Counted from the first letter of the stretch, positions 19,077 through 30,578 are shown. The stretch is 64,000 nt of DNA from an uncultured Chitinophagales bacterium (GCA_964492065.1 CAZBHH010000001.1:80819-144818); one strand, 5' to 3'. Numbers and translations: made by a program. The notes: generated by a model from the sequence alone, not told the origin.

Positions 19077-20513
19077 TTAATTGTTCGCTGCAACAGCCTC
19101 ATCTGAAGTAGTGGCGGTTGAATCGACCTGCTGTTCTGCCGGCGGTACACTTTCCTCTGTTTTTTTAACAGGTGCATCGCCGCTCAATTTACTGATTTTT
19201 AAATTTCCGACAACATTATCCCAGTACGGCACTTGTTCGGAAAGCCATTTTTGATATTCTTCTTCCGTTTCAATTACCATGATATATTTCATGGCGCTAT
19301 GCCCGGTACCGCAAAGTTCGGCACAGGCAACTTCGTAGTTAAAACTCTTCCACATGGGTTCCGTATCGCCGTCCTTCACCTTTTGCCAGATGGGATTACT
19401 GCTAAGTGTCTGACGCATCTCAGCCGTTGTTTGTGTAGGTGTAAATTTAAAGGAAGTAGGCATACCGGGTACGGCATCCATTTTCACCTTCATGTGCGGC
19501 ACATTAAAATCGTGGATTACATCCAATGCGGTAATTTTTGCCACCGCTTCTTTATTGACGGGCAGGTGTATTTGAGAGGGCATCAGGTCGTCGTAGCCGG
19601 CTTTCATCAGTGCAGCATTTGCCGTCATGTATGCCTCGGTATATTTAGCTTGTATCCGTTCGAGGTTTTTTTGCCTCGTGGTAATATGTTCGTCAATATC
19701 TTCCAATTCTTTTGTCAACTTGTCCAGTTCAGCCTTTAAGTCGTCGGCTTTATACCTGTTGGGGCGTTTCTCTAACTGGGTTTGTACTTCCGCAATCAAG
19801 GCGGGCAGTGCCGCTTTTCTCGCTTCCAGGTCGCCGATTTCACCCCTGGTTCCCAAATCGGGGTTGCCGGACAGCAGGGCGATTTTATGCTGAATAAATT
19901 CACGGGTAACGATACCCACCGGGTTTTCGGGGCAAATGAGATTGTAATCCCGCATACCCAAAACCCCATCGGCTCCCGGATAGCGCACGCTCCAGAAAAA
20001 CTGCTGGCCGGTTACCTCAAACACGATAGCTTCGGGCGATGCTTTGGCGGTAATTTTTGTCCAGGACTGCAATCCGAAAAGTACAAATCCAGCCAGTACG
20101 ATTGTGGGTATTACAGTCCAGATTAATTCCAGTTTATTGCTGTGCGCAAAATGGTCGGATATACGGCCTCTGCGATACCTGTAGATATAGGCAAACGTAA
20201 ATAATAAAATATTGCAAATTACGAAAACGGCGCCCGTAATCACGAGGGTGAAAATAAACATGCGCTCGATTAACTCTCCGTGTTCGGAGGCCACTTCAAT
20301 ATTGGTATCCTTAAAATGTCCAAAAGACCAGAAGAAACCAATTGTTCCCAAAACCATAAAAATCAGCAGCCCGATTCCCTGCAACTTTGTGTTGTGTTCA
20401 ACATTTTCGTCGCTCTCACCCCGTAACTGGCTCACAATGTCTAATGTGCGGGTAACCTGATACAGTACAATCAGTACCATCGCAATTGCAATAAAAATTA
20501 ACCAACCTGTCAT
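19077..20513 (-). CDS. cytochrome c oxidase subunit II (CuA), with a coiled-coil insertion and no cytochrome c domain
   Basis: 478 aa with the CuA site CAELCGTGHSAM and DVIHDFNVPHMKVKMDAVPG. A ~95 aa charged helical insert (..GEIGDLEARKAALPALIAEVQTQLEK...KNLERIQAKYTEAY..) splits the cupredoxin domain. Confidence 0.9.
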   Translation of the reverse strand: MTGWLIFIAIAMVLIVLYQVTRTLDIVSQLRGESDENVEHNTKLQGIGLLIFMVLGTIGFFWSFGHFKDTNIEVASEHGELIERMFIFTLVITGAVFVICNILLFTFAYIYRYRRGRISDHFAHSNKLELIWTVIPTIVLAGFVLFGLQSWTKITAKASPEAIVFEVTGQQFFWSVRYPGADGVLGMRDYNLICPENPVGIVTREFIQHKIALLSGNPDLGTRGEIGDLEARKAALPALIAEVQTQLEKRPNRYKADDLKAELDKLTKELEDIDEHITTRQKNLERIQAKYTEAYMTANAALMKAGYDDLMPSQIHLPVNKEAVAKITALDVIHDFNVPHMKVKMDAVPGMPTSFKFTPTQTTAEMRQTLSSNPIWQKVKDGDTEPMWKSFNYEVACAELCGTGHSAMKYIMVIETEEEYQKWLSEQVPYWDNVVGNLKISKLSGDAPVKKTEESVPPAEQQVDSTATTSDEAVAANN

Positions 20514-20522
20514 TTCTTTAAA

Positions 20523-21893
20523 TTATTGATGATGATCAACACTTTCCCTAAACATTGGGTGATTCACAGGCATCAATGACGCCTTTGCCAACTCGCTGAA
20601 TGTGATATATAAAAACATGCCTGTAAATACCAATACCATCCCGATTTCAAAATAACCGATACCCCAATCTGCCCCGATTGTAAACGGCATAATCATCAAA
20701 TAGAAATCTATCCAATGGAATATAACCAAAATTACGGAAACCAAAACGAGAACGGCTAAATTTCTCTTTGAATCCCGGCGCATCAATACGAGTAACGGCA
20801 CCAGGAAATTTACGAACATATTCGGTAAAAACAGCAATCCGTATTCATGTTTCATTTCGAGGAACCAGGATGTCTCCTCCGGGATATTGCTGTACCAGAT
20901 CAACATAAACTGTGAAAACCACAAATAGGTCCAGAAAATGCTGAATCCAAAAATGTATTTTCCGAGATCGTGTAAATGGTTTTCATTTAATTGCACCATA
21001 TACCCCTTATTCTTCAAGTAAATCAGTAGCAATGTCATTGCGCAGAGGCTGCCGACAAACAGCGAAATAAAGTTATACCAGCCAAACAGGGTGCTGAACC
21101 AATGCGGGTCCAGCGACATCACCCAATCCCAGGCCATCATGGAACTGGAAACTGCCCATATCACCAGAAAAACCGCCGACCATGTCCTGGTCTTATTATA
21201 CCATTTTATATCGCCGTCTTTATCCTGTGCCTTCGAAAACTTGCGCAGGTTATAGCCGATAAAAGACCATAACACCAGGTAAATCACTGTGCGCAGAATA
21301 AAGAACCCGTCGTTGAGATATGCCTTTTTCCCCGCAATGATTTTATCGTAATAGGGATTTAATATTTTGCCGTCGGCATTTGTTGCTTCTCCATGCGCTT
21401 CTTCGCCTGTTGAGGTGAGTATAACCTCGGCATTTTGCAGGTGCATACTGTGTTCGCCGCTTCCGTGTGCTTCGGTGGCATGCCCGGTGTGTTTTGCTTC
21501 ATAGGCCTTCAATTCCGCAGAGGTAACATATTCCTGTTTGATAAAATTATCGCTCCAGTGATAGAGGTGATGATAATCAAAGGCGGTGCCCAACACGATA
21601 ATTAAAATAAACACGGCGCCGTACTTCGTAAACTGGCTCATCGCTTCGGCGACACGCAACACATTGATATGCCATCCGGCCATTGCGATTTGGTGTGCAG
21701 TAATAAAAAAAGTGGCAAGTACGGCAATGCCCACAAAATATACGGAGTTCAACAGCAGATTCGCCCAAAAGCGATCCATGGAAATATGGCCGGTTATCAG
21801 CCCTGCAAGCACAGCAATCAAACCGACTCCCATCATTAACAGGAAGGTTTGTTTTTGTTTCTTTGTATATTCAAAAGAGTTTGAACTGCTCAT
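20523..21893 (-). CDS. actF: Alternative Complex III membrane subunit ActF
   Basis: 456 aa polytopic membrane protein in the actF position, after the monoheme ActE and before coxII. Confidence 0.65.
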   Translation of the reverse strand: MSSSNSFEYTKKQKQTFLLMMGVGLIAVLAGLITGHISMDRFWANLLLNSVYFVGIAVLATFFITAHQIAMAGWHINVLRVAEAMSQFTKYGAVFILIIVLGTAFDYHHLYHWSDNFIKQEYVTSAELKAYEAKHTGHATEAHGSGEHSMHLQNAEVILTSTGEEAHGEATNADGKILNPYYDKIIAGKKAYLNDGFFILRTVIYLVLWSFIGYNLRKFSKAQDKDGDIKWYNKTRTWSAVFLVIWAVSSSMMAWDWVMSLDPHWFSTLFGWYNFISLFVGSLCAMTLLLIYLKNKGYMVQLNENHLHDLGKYIFGFSIFWTYLWFSQFMLIWYSNIPEETSWFLEMKHEYGLLFLPNMFVNFLVPLLVLMRRDSKRNLAVLVLVSVILVIFHWIDFYLMIMPFTIGADWGIGYFEIGMVLVFTGMFLYITFSELAKASLMPVNHPMFRESVDHHQ

Positions 21894-21929
21894 CGTGATA
21901 AAGTTATTTTCAATCGTTAATTTCTCAAA

Positions 21930-22610
21930 TCAATTTGTAGCGGTTGCTGTATCAGCCGGCACAACCATTCCGTTTGCCATGGCGTAATCATCCTGCAATT
22001 TATTAATATAATGAATTACTTTCCAGCGGTCTTCTTTTGAAATGGCATACGCATAAGAGCCCATTGCATTTTTTCCATAGGTAATGGAATGATACATCTT
22101 ACCGTCGGGCATGGCCATATACATGGCATCGAAATAATTCGGCGGTGCGGCTTTATATTTTCCGGATGCGACGATAGTGCCCTGTCCATCGCCTTTCACG
22201 CCATGGCAAATGGCACAATAAATATCGAAGACTACCATTCCGCGGGCGATATTCTCTTCGCTGGCAGGCAACGGGTTCGGATCCATGGCCGAGCGCTCGT
22301 AATCCTCTAATGAATTGGAATACTCATACGGCAAATTGATATTGGCGAGGGCGGTATCCACTGCGCCGGTCAGCGGATCGCCACTGAACGGCACGGTTCC
22401 TTCTACGGGCAACATAGCGCCCATACTGTCTTTGAGCAGGTGATTGGGTTCGTACGTTTCATACGCTCGTGAATAAATCATATCCCAGGTATAGGAGGTA
22501 CCCGGGTAGTCGCCACTTGCCTTTTTGCAGGATTGCAGCATTGCCAATGTTAAAGCACCTGCAATAATTACTATGAATAATTTCTTCATGCCTGTATTTT
22601 TATTGTGCAT
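21930..22610 (-). CDS. actE: Alternative Complex III monoheme cytochrome c lipoprotein ActE
   Basis: Single CAICHG heme motif. Lipobox LAMLQSC after the MKKLFIVII.. signal (the ATG at 22589 is the likely start). Confidence 0.75.
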   Translation of the reverse strand: MHNKNTGMKKLFIVIIAGALTLAMLQSCKKASGDYPGTSYTWDMIYSRAYETYEPNHLLKDSMGAMLPVEGTVPFSGDPLTGAVDTALANINLPYEYSNSLEDYERSAMDPNPLPASEENIARGMVVFDIYCAICHGVKGDGQGTIVASGKYKAAPPNYFDAMYMAMPDGKMYHSITYGKNAMGSYAYAISKEDRWKVIHYINKLQDDYAMANGMVVPADTATATN

Positions 22611-23136
22611 CCAGTTCTTTCTCGTAAACCTCCACTGCGCCGTTCCCCATCAGCACCTGGCGGATTTCCTGTTTTTTATGATCCGCTGTCTGTGCATCCA
22701 ACTCAAAGGTCATTGCAAACATATGGCTGGTAATCCTCTCATCCAGGATTTTCGGCTTCATGCCCGGGGCGAGCCGGTTCAGATATAAATACGTCAGCGT
22801 CATTCCTACGGCGGAGAACAACACAGTCAATTCGAAGGTAATCGGTATCCATGCCGGCAGTGAGAAATACGGTTTACCGCCGTAATTAATCGGGTAGTTT
22901 ACCGTGCTGATCCAGGTAATAAAAACCAAGGCAGTTAGCGTACCTGCAAAACCGAAGATAAACCCGGCGCTGTGCAATTTCGTCATCCGCAACCCCATGG
23001 CATCGTCCAAACCGTGCACGGGGAATGGGGTGAGCACATCGGTAATCTTAAGCCCCTCGGCTCGCACATTCTTTACTGCTTTCATCAGCACCTGTTCGTC
23101 TTCAAACAAACCAAATAATACTTTCTTCGCTGACAT
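22600..23136 (-). CDS. actD: Alternative Complex III subunit ActD (DUF3341)
   Basis: 178 aa with a soluble N-terminal domain plus 2 TM helices, in the canonical position between ActC and ActE. Confidence 0.7.
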   Translation of the reverse strand: MSAKKVLFGLFEDEQVLMKAVKNVRAEGLKITDVLTPFPVHGLDDAMGLRMTKLHSAGFIFGFAGTLTALVFITWISTVNYPINYGGKPYFSLPAWIPITFELTVLFSAVGMTLTYLYLNRLAPGMKPKILDERITSHMFAMTFELDAQTADHKKQEIRQVLMGNGAVEVYEKELDAQ

Positions 23137-23142
23137 ATTTTG

Positions 23143-24588
23143 TTATTGAGGTTTAATTAATGTTTCAAAATGACCGCCTGCTCCATGTACACCGGCGTGT
23201 TCGTCATGGTGTGCATGTTTGGCGTTTTCTCCAACATATTGATCACCGGCTGTTTTTAAAATGCTCTTCACCTCTGCCAAAGCCACCACCGGCGCCACTT
23301 TGGAGAACAACAGGAACAAGGTCATAAAGAATCCGATTGTACCAGCATAAATGAGTATTTCGACCAGCGTCGGAATATAGTACGACCAACTTGAAACCAG
23401 GTAATCGCGGTGGATGGAAGTGCCGATGATGACAAAGCGCTCGAACCACATTCCCACGTTGATGATGATAGACATAAAGAAAGTAAATACCGGGCTTCTG
23501 CGCAGTTTTTGCACCCAGAACAGTTGGGGTGAAATCACGTTACAGGTCATCATTGCCCAATATGCCCACCAATAAGGTCCGGTACTTCTGTTGATAAAAG
23601 CGTATTGCTCGTATTGATTTTGAGAATACCATGCGGTAAACAATTCTGTAATATAGGCCACACCTACGATTGAACCGGTGAGAATAATAATTTTATTCAT
23701 GGATTCGATATGGCCTATAGTGATATAATCTTCCAAATGAAATACCTTGCGCACCACCAGCATGAGCGTGAGCACCATCGCAAACCCGGAGAAGATTGCC
23801 CCGGCGACAAAATAGGGCGGGAAGATAGTGGTATGCCAGCCCGGAATTACCGATGTGGCAAAGTCAAAGGATACGATGGTATGCACTGAAAGTACGAGCG
23901 GCGTGGAAAGCCCTGCCAGTACGAGGCCTAAAGATTCAAACCGCTGCCAATGTTTGGCGGAACCCGTCCAGCCGAAACAAACGATATTGTATATTTTTTT
24001 GCGGAAAGCCGATTTTGCACGATCTCTCACCGTTGCCAGGTCAGGTATTAAGCCGACATACCAGAACAACAGGGAAACCGTAAAATAGGTGGATATCGCA
24101 AATACGTCCCAAAGCAGAGGGGAGTTAAAGTTTGGCCAAAGCGGTCCCCGTGTATTGGGATAGGGAAAAATAAAAAAGGCGAGCCAGATTCTTCCCATGT
24201 GAATGAGCGGAAACAATCCGGCGCACATAACGGCGAAAATTGTCATCGCTTCTGCCGAGCGGTTTACACCGGTACGCCACTTCTGGCGGAAGATGAGCAG
24301 GATGGCCGATATCAAGGTGCCGGCGTGGCCGATACCGATCCACCACACGAAATTGGTGATGTCCCATGCCCAGCCTATTGTCTTATTGAGCCCCCACAGC
24401 CCGATACCGTAGGTAATGGTGAGCCCGATCATGACAAATCCCGTAATGGCCAGCATGCCCATAGCCGTCACTGCCAACATCCAGGCCTTATTGGGTTTTG
24501 CCTCTATCGGTCTGATAATGTCATCCGACATTTGGGCATATGTCTTGTTGCCCGTAATTAGTGGTTCCCGAATTGGTGATACAAACAT
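23143..24588 (-). CDS. actC: Alternative Complex III quinol-interacting membrane subunit ActC (NrfD/PsrC family)
   Basis: 481 aa, about 10 TM helices, NrfD-like, directly downstream of the Fe-S subunit. Confidence 0.8.
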   Translation of the reverse strand: MFVSPIREPLITGNKTYAQMSDDIIRPIEAKPNKAWMLAVTAMGMLAITGFVMIGLTITYGIGLWGLNKTIGWAWDITNFVWWIGIGHAGTLISAILLIFRQKWRTGVNRSAEAMTIFAVMCAGLFPLIHMGRIWLAFFIFPYPNTRGPLWPNFNSPLLWDVFAISTYFTVSLLFWYVGLIPDLATVRDRAKSAFRKKIYNIVCFGWTGSAKHWQRFESLGLVLAGLSTPLVLSVHTIVSFDFATSVIPGWHTTIFPPYFVAGAIFSGFAMVLTLMLVVRKVFHLEDYITIGHIESMNKIIILTGSIVGVAYITELFTAWYSQNQYEQYAFINRSTGPYWWAYWAMMTCNVISPQLFWVQKLRRSPVFTFFMSIIINVGMWFERFVIIGTSIHRDYLVSSWSYYIPTLVEILIYAGTIGFFMTLFLLFSKVAPVVALAEVKSILKTAGDQYVGENAKHAHHDEHAGVHGAGGHFETLIKPQ

Positions 24589-24596
24589 CTTTCTCG

Positions 24597-27500
24597 CTAT
24601 TTATAATTATACAGATCCATTATATCCAGTCTCTCTGCATGCACGTGGTCGGCAGCGTCTTTATTTCTCACTTTCGTCATATATAATACCGATGGCAACC
24701 AATGGTTTTCTTCGATTACACCATAAGCCCGCTCGCTGGTATTGAGTTTATACACTTCTGTGGTTTCGTCAAACATATTTCCGAACACAATGGCGTCGGC
24801 AGGGCAAGCGCTTTGACACGCCGTGCGGATCTCGCCGTCACGCAATTGCCTGTTCTCCTTTTTCGCAGTGAGTTTTGACTCTTGTATGCGCTGCACGCAG
24901 AATGAGCATTTTTCTATCACTCCTCTCGATCTCACGGTAACATCGGGGTTCAATACCATCCGTGTCAGATCGTCCATGGTATCCATTTCGACATTTGCTT
25001 TCGCATCGTTCATTGTTCCGAACGTATCGGCGCCGGTATAATCGTACCAGTTAAAACGCCTTACCTTATACGGGCAGTTGTTGGCGCAATACCTGGTGCC
25101 GATACAGCGGTTATACGCCATCTGGTTATAGCCTTCGCTGCTGTGGTTAGTGGCCCCAACCGGACAAACGTTTTCACAGGGTGCGTTTTCACAGTGCTGG
25201 CACATCATAGGCATGAATACCACTTCCGGATTCTCGGGATTTTCACCTGCGTAATACCTGTCAATGCGAATCCAATGCATTTCATGTGCACGGCGCACCT
25301 CATCTTTTCCGACTACGGGCACATTGTTTTCACTGGCGCAGGCGATAGTACAGGCGCCGCATCCGATACACGTATTCAGGTCTATATTCATCCCCCAGTT
25401 AAATCCATTTTTCCCAGCCTGGAAATCCGGGTAAAACGTATCGAGTTGCGCTAATACTTCAGCTCTGTCTGTATTTCCTGCAAGCGGGTTCTCCTTGAAT
25501 TCCGCCAGCGTTGTCTCCTTTACAATTTTTCTTTTTCCTACGCCATCGTTCAGGTTAAAATGCGTTTGCGTCTGGGCAAATACTTCATTATGTCCCGTCT
25601 TTGAAATGGAGGCTCCGTACAAATTGTAGTTAACAGTCTCACCCGAAGCGTCGGCAAAAACGGCAACCGCTTTACCTACGCCCTTTCCCACTTTTCCGAC
25701 GACAGTTCTGCCGTAACCAATTGCCACAGAAGCCGAACCCTTTGCCTGGCCGGGTTGAATAGACACAGGCAATTCAACGGAATTGTTACCAACGGTTAAC
25801 ACAACCATATCGCCGTGCATCAAATTATTTTCTTCTGCCCATTCGGGAGAAATGTTTATATAATTATCCCAGGTAATTTTTGTTATCGGGTCGGGCATTT
25901 CGTGTAACCACGGGTTGTTGGCATAGCGCCCGTCGCCCAATCCGACAGTTTCGTACAGTTGCACTTCCAACCCGGTGGCAGCGGATTTGGATATTCCCGC
26001 ACTTGCCTTTGCCAGGTCTCCGACAAAAACTACCGGTGCTGCTGCCGGATCAACCGGCAGTTCGGGTTGGTATAATCCCGATTGCAATGCTTTATTAAAT
26101 GCCCTAATCTTATTCGTCTCGGCGGCAAAATGCGCAGTGTTCCAATAATCGACCATAAAATCGTGATAATTCATGGGATGCCCTGCCCACTTGAGCAGTG
26201 AATCCTGCATTTGCCTGGTATCGAATAAAGGCTGAATGGTTGGTTGAGCAAGTGAGTACACGCCGGCATGGGGTTCTGCATCATTCCATGATTCGAGGTA
26301 ATGGTGATCTGTAGCTATATGGGTACAAGCGTTTGCCGTCTCATCCAAATTGCCCGCAAAGCTGATGCTGATGGCAGCTTTACCGAGCGCTTCCTGTAAT
26401 TGGGCTCCCAGCGGTGAGTCGTACACCGGATTACAATTGTACAATATGGCTACACTACCCTGTCCGGCATTTAAATCGGAAATAAAACTCTTCAGATCAG
26501 AGTCCAGCCCCTGGCGCAGTTTATTGACGTGATCAAAATGAATAACCGTACCGTAATTGCCCAGTGCATTATTAATTCCATTTACCAGGATTTGGGCATT
26601 GATATCATTTGAACCTGAAACGACCAACGAACTGCCCCGGTTGGCCTTCAGCATTTCCACTGCCTGGTTCAACTGGTTCATTTTCGTTTCATCGCCCACC
26701 GCAACACTGCTTCCACCGGTTATCGCATTGAATACATGTAAAATCGCCGCATCCAGTTCGGAGGGCTTCAACGCAATCCTGTAATCGGCATTTGCGCCGG
26801 TCAGGCTCATTTTAGATTCCACCTGGTAATGGCGGGACATTTCCCTTCTGTCTTTGCTGACTTTCCGGTTTACAACATATCCCTTTGTGTATTCTATCGG
26901 CGAAATCCATGTACCCAAAAAGTCGGCATCGAAACTCAATATCACCTTGGCTTTTGCAAAATCGTACCGGGGAATCGCCCGGATGCCAAACGATTGTTCA
27001 TTGGCGCTCAATATACCGGCGCTTGACATCGCATCGTAGGTATATACTTTGGTATTCGGATATTTTTCGGTGAATTTGGCGAAGACTTGTTTGGTAGAGG
27101 GGCTGATAACCGTAGCAGTTAAAATGCGCACAGGAGTGTCGGGCGCTGCATTCAATTTGCCGGTAATGTCGCCGTCGATTTCATCCCAGGAAGTGGGGAT
27201 GTGTTTCCCGGCGGAATCCTTTTTCATAGGCGACCGCAGGCGGCTCGTATCGTACAGGCTGAGAATACTGGCCTGTACTCGTGCGCTTGTACCTCCTTGT
27301 GTGACCTTTGAAGCTTTGTTGCCTTCAATTTTAATTGGCCGGCCCTCGCGGGTCTTTACCAAAATACTGCAGTAATCGCCGCCATTACTATAGCTGGAGG
27401 CATACCACGTCGCAATACCGGGTGTAATGTCTTCCGGTTTAAAGATATAAGGCGCCACCTTGTTTACGGGCATTTCGCAGCCCGCCGCCAGTGTGGCTGC

Positions 27501-27674
27501 CGTAAGGCTGAAACCCATTGCTTTGAGAAAATCCCGGCGTGAACCGCTTAAGGTTTTACTTTGATCGTAGAATTCTTCTTCCAGTTCTTTGCCGAACTCC
27601 CGTTGCCTGTTTTCAATAAATTCAGGTGTGGGGTTTAACTCTTCCAGGCCTTTCCAATATTTCTTTTCTGACAT
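24597..27674 (-). CDS. actB: Alternative Complex III subunit ActB (fused molybdopterin-like and 4Fe-4S ferredoxin domains, Tat-exported)
   Basis: 1025 aa with Tat signal [11 protein letters not shown]. The C-terminal part carries cluster motifs [25 protein letters not shown] and [12 protein letters not shown]. Confidence 0.9.
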   Translation of the reverse strand: MSEKKYWKGLEELNPTPEFIENRQREFGKELEEEFYDQSKTLSGSRRDFLKAMGFSLTAATLAAGCEMPVNKVAPYIFKPEDITPGIATWYASSYSNGGDYCSILVKTREGRPIKIEGNKASKVTQGGTSARVQASILSLYDTSRLRSPMKKDSAGKHIPTSWDEIDGDITGKLNAAPDTPVRILTATVISPSTKQVFAKFTEKYPNTKVYTYDAMSSAGILSANEQSFGIRAIPRYDFAKAKVILSFDADFLGTWISPIEYTKGYVVNRKVSKDRREMSRHYQVESKMSLTGANADYRIALKPSELDAAILHVFNAITGGSSVAVGDETKMNQLNQAVEMLKANRGSSLVVSGSNDINAQILVNGINNALGNYGTVIHFDHVNKLRQGLDSDLKSFISDLNAGQGSVAILYNCNPVYDSPLGAQLQEALGKAAISISFAGNLDETANACTHIATDHHYLESWNDAEPHAGVYSLAQPTIQPLFDTRQMQDSLLKWAGHPMNYHDFMVDYWNTAHFAAETNKIRAFNKALQSGLYQPELPVDPAAAPVVFVGDLAKASAGISKSAATGLEVQLYETVGLGDGRYANNPWLHEMPDPITKITWDNYINISPEWAEENNLMHGDMVVLTVGNNSVELPVSIQPGQAKGSASVAIGYGRTVVGKVGKGVGKAVAVFADASGETVNYNLYGASISKTGHNEVFAQTQTHFNLNDGVGKRKIVKETTLAEFKENPLAGNTDRAEVLAQLDTFYPDFQAGKNGFNWGMNIDLNTCIGCGACTIACASENNVPVVGKDEVRRAHEMHWIRIDRYYAGENPENPEVVFMPMMCQHCENAPCENVCPVGATNHSSEGYNQMAYNRCIGTRYCANNCPYKVRRFNWYDYTGADTFGTMNDAKANVEMDTMDDLTRMVLNPDVTVRSRGVIEKCSFCVQRIQESKLTAKKENRQLRDGEIRTACQSACPADAIVFGNMFDETTEVYKLNTSERAYGVIEENHWLPSVLYMTKVRNKDAADHVHAERLDIMDLYNYK

Positions 27675-27717
27675 TGCGTTGTAACTTATTTGTATGCTTT
27701 CAGCAATATTGAATTAA

Positions 27718-28995
27718 TTAATAGTGGCATTTTTGACATTCCTCTGCGCCGATATCGACTGCATGAACCATATCAATTTCGCCGTTTTGCATTTTCTCCT
27801 GCAATTCCCGGTAATCGGCATAAAATGCATTTGAAAATTTTACTTCTGTCTGGCGATGGCAGTTTATACACCATCCCATACCCAGGTTTTCAGCTTGTTC
27901 CACCACTTTCATTTCCTGGATTTTACCGTGACAGGACTGGCACTCCAAACCGGCGACATTAACATGTTGCGAGTGGTTGAAATACACGTGATCGGGAAGG
28001 TTGTGGATTTTTGTCCATCTAACCGGCTTCGGCTCCTTGCTGTAGGTCAGATTTTCGGGGTCAAAACCGGCATATTCGTAAATTTTTTGAATCTCAGCGG
28101 TATATTCCGAAGGCGGGTAGCCCTCTGTGCCGGGCGACATCTCCTGGATGGTGTAATGGCAATTCATACACACATTGATGGAGGGGATAACTGCGGCTTT
28201 TCCCTTGACAGCGCCCGAGTGGCAGTATTTGCAATCGATCATATTGATACCCGCATGCACTTCGTGGCTGAATTTAATGGGCTGCTCGGGGGCGTAGCCC
28301 TGCTGCCTACCCATGGCGGTAGTGCTATCGTACATGGCGTAACACAGCCAGCAAAACACAAACAACCCGACAATGGCTAAGAAGGCTCTGAGGTTTTTAC
28401 GCTTGTAAAACGGCACATGCTTAGGCTCTGCCTCACCATTGGCCTCGCGATTCAGTCGCTGCAATTGCGCAATGGTGCGTGAAAGGATAATGGAAATTAC
28501 CAGGAGAACGGCTACCAATACTAAATACAGCAGTGAATTGTCTCTTTCGGGAGCCGCTGTTACCACTCCGGGAGGCGGGGCTTCTGCGGCTTTTTTCGCC
28601 TCGGCAATCCTCGCCGCTTCGGCATCGATGTACAGCAGGATGTCGTGAATATCTGCATCCTTCAGGTTGGGGAAAGCCTGCATAGGGCTTTTATTGTACT
28701 CCTCGTAAAGCTTATTGGCATAGGCATCGCCGGTTGCGAGAAACGCCTGCGAGTTTTTAATCCATTCGTACAAGTGGGTGGAGTCCGGCCATCGGTCTCT
28801 AACCCCCTGTAATGCCGGCCCGGTCATCTTGCGATCAATCATGTGGCATTTGGCGCAATTAGCCTGGTATAATTGCTTGCCCTCCCCCTCTCCGGCCAGC
28901 GCATGGGTGGAGTTGAACAGCGAAAATGATACGGATAAAAGTGTTAATACTAACAGGCGATAAGTCGTAGAAACCTTACTGTTGTGCACAATCAA
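27718..28995 (-). CDS. actA: Alternative Complex III multihaem cytochrome ActA with an extra N-terminal monoheme domain (six CxxCH in total)
   Basis: 425 aa with a signal peptide. CAKCH sits in an N-terminal class-I-like domain, followed by a TM helix, then CKYCH, CMNCH, CQSCH, CINCH and CQKCH. Confidence 0.85.
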   Translation of the reverse strand: MIVHNSKVSTTYRLLVLTLLSVSFSLFNSTHALAGEGEGKQLYQANCAKCHMIDRKMTGPALQGVRDRWPDSTHLYEWIKNSQAFLATGDAYANKLYEEYNKSPMQAFPNLKDADIHDILLYIDAEAARIAEAKKAAEAPPPGVVTAAPERDNSLLYLVLVAVLLVISIILSRTIAQLQRLNREANGEAEPKHVPFYKRKNLRAFLAIVGLFVFCWLCYAMYDSTTAMGRQQGYAPEQPIKFSHEVHAGINMIDCKYCHSGAVKGKAAVIPSINVCMNCHYTIQEMSPGTEGYPPSEYTAEIQKIYEYAGFDPENLTYSKEPKPVRWTKIHNLPDHVYFNHSQHVNVAGLECQSCHGKIQEMKVVEQAENLGMGWCINCHRQTEVKFSNAFYADYRELQEKMQNGEIDMVHAVDIGAEECQKCHY

Positions 28996-29218
28996 TAGTT
29001 TAAATGGTTTAAGTACCTGAGTTTATAAGTGCTGCAAATGTAATGTTTGGATTTTATAATCTTTAACAAAGTTTGACAATTTTACACCGAATTTCCACAA
29101 AGAATTCTTATATAACAGATTCGTAATTTAAGATTATATTTCGGGGCTAACAGGTGCCTTATGGATTAAAATGCCCTTAAATTCAAGAGCTGGCACAATT
29201 TTTTTTATGGCAAAAACT

Positions 29219-30400
29219 ATGAAAATATTCTACACACTCGCCCTGGCCATATCCGGGATATTTATAATAAGCAGTTGCAAATCAGCGGAAAAAGTAATGC
29301 GTGCCGGTGATAATGACAGCGCCATTGACATATGCGTCGCCAAACTGACACGCAATCCGCAAAAGGAGGAATACATCCTGGTTTTGGAGGAGGCTTTTAA
29401 ACGGGCAACCACCGCCGACATGGCGTATATCAGAGCGCTCAACTTAGAGGGCAATCCCGACAGGTGGGAGGAAATTTACAATGTGTACCAGGGAATCAGC
29501 CGCCGTCAGAATAAAATAAACCCGCTGTTACCGCTGTATATTGCGTCGGAGGGCAGGAACGCCGTTTTCGAAATGGTTGATGTTGTTGCCGAATTGATTA
29601 ACGCAAAGAAGAATGCCATTAATTATTTACTTGCCTCGGCTAAAGAAAAAATTAACAGCGGCGATAAGTATGCCGCACGGGAGGCTTACGGCGAACTTGT
29701 CCGGATAAAGGATCTGAATCCGAATCACCCCGAAATAATGCCGCTTATAGAGCAGGCGCTCGCCTTGGGCTCCAACCGGGTCGGATTTATCGTAGAGAAT
29801 AAATCCAACAGTGTTTTGAGCGAGGAAGTGGCGGCAGCTTTGTTCGCTGTGGAACCCGGCAGCGCCAATGGCGACTGGTATCAAATCAGCCCTTACAGCG
29901 AGAATGCCACGTACGATTACCTGGTAGTCCTGCGCATACTTCGGGTAGAATCGTTCCCGGAATTAGTGAATACCAATAATTACGATGAGACAAAACAGGT
30001 AGAAGACGGCTGGTCGTATATCTATGACTCTGAGGGGAATAAGGTACTCGACAGCTTAGGCAATCCGCTCAAAGCCCCAACGTATAAATGGATCACAGCC
30101 CATGTGAGTGAAACGACCCAGGAAAAAATCGCAACCGTAGAATCGGAAATTCGCTACCTGGATGCGGATGGCAGGTTGTTAGCTTCGATTCCCGCCAAGG
30201 GAGACGGCGTGTTTCAAAATTACTATGCAATGGCCACCGGCTATTACGACGCCCTGACACCTGCATCCAGGGAAAAAATCGGCGGCAAACCAATCCCGTT
30301 CCCGACGGATAATGCACTCCTGCTCCAGTCAATAACAACCTTAGAGAAGGTAATCGCACAATTAATGCGGGACAACAATTATAAATACCTGGATAGGTAA
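29219..30400 (+). CDS. hypothetical lipoprotein
   Basis: The internal ATG gives MKIFYTLALAISGIFIISSC (lipobox). About 390 aa with no recognisable catalytic motif. Confidence 0.55.
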   Translation: MKIFYTLALAISGIFIISSCKSAEKVMRAGDNDSAIDICVAKLTRNPQKEEYILVLEEAFKRATTADMAYIRALNLEGNPDRWEEIYNVYQGISRRQNKINPLLPLYIASEGRNAVFEMVDVVAELINAKKNAINYLLASAKEKINSGDKYAAREAYGELVRIKDLNPNHPEIMPLIEQALALGSNRVGFIVENKSNSVLSEEVAAALFAVEPGSANGDWYQISPYSENATYDYLVVLRILRVESFPELVNTNNYDETKQVEDGWSYIYDSEGNKVLDSLGNPLKAPTYKWITAHVSETTQEKIATVESEIRYLDADGRLLASIPAKGDGVFQNYYAMATGYYDALTPASREKIGGKPIPFPTDNALLLQSITTLEKVIAQLMRDNNYKYLDR

Positions 30401-30578
30401 TACCGGCGGCTGCGTTGTGGTTATAACGCCTGCCATTTTTTGTCGCCAACTCCTCAAAATGTTACAGGCATTCGGCGCAAGCATGCATAAAAAACATTGG
30501 AGCATAATCGTTTAAAAGGTAAATTGAATTAAAGTGCTCTACATGCATTATCTGCCAACTAAAGGGCCGTCCGGGCTC

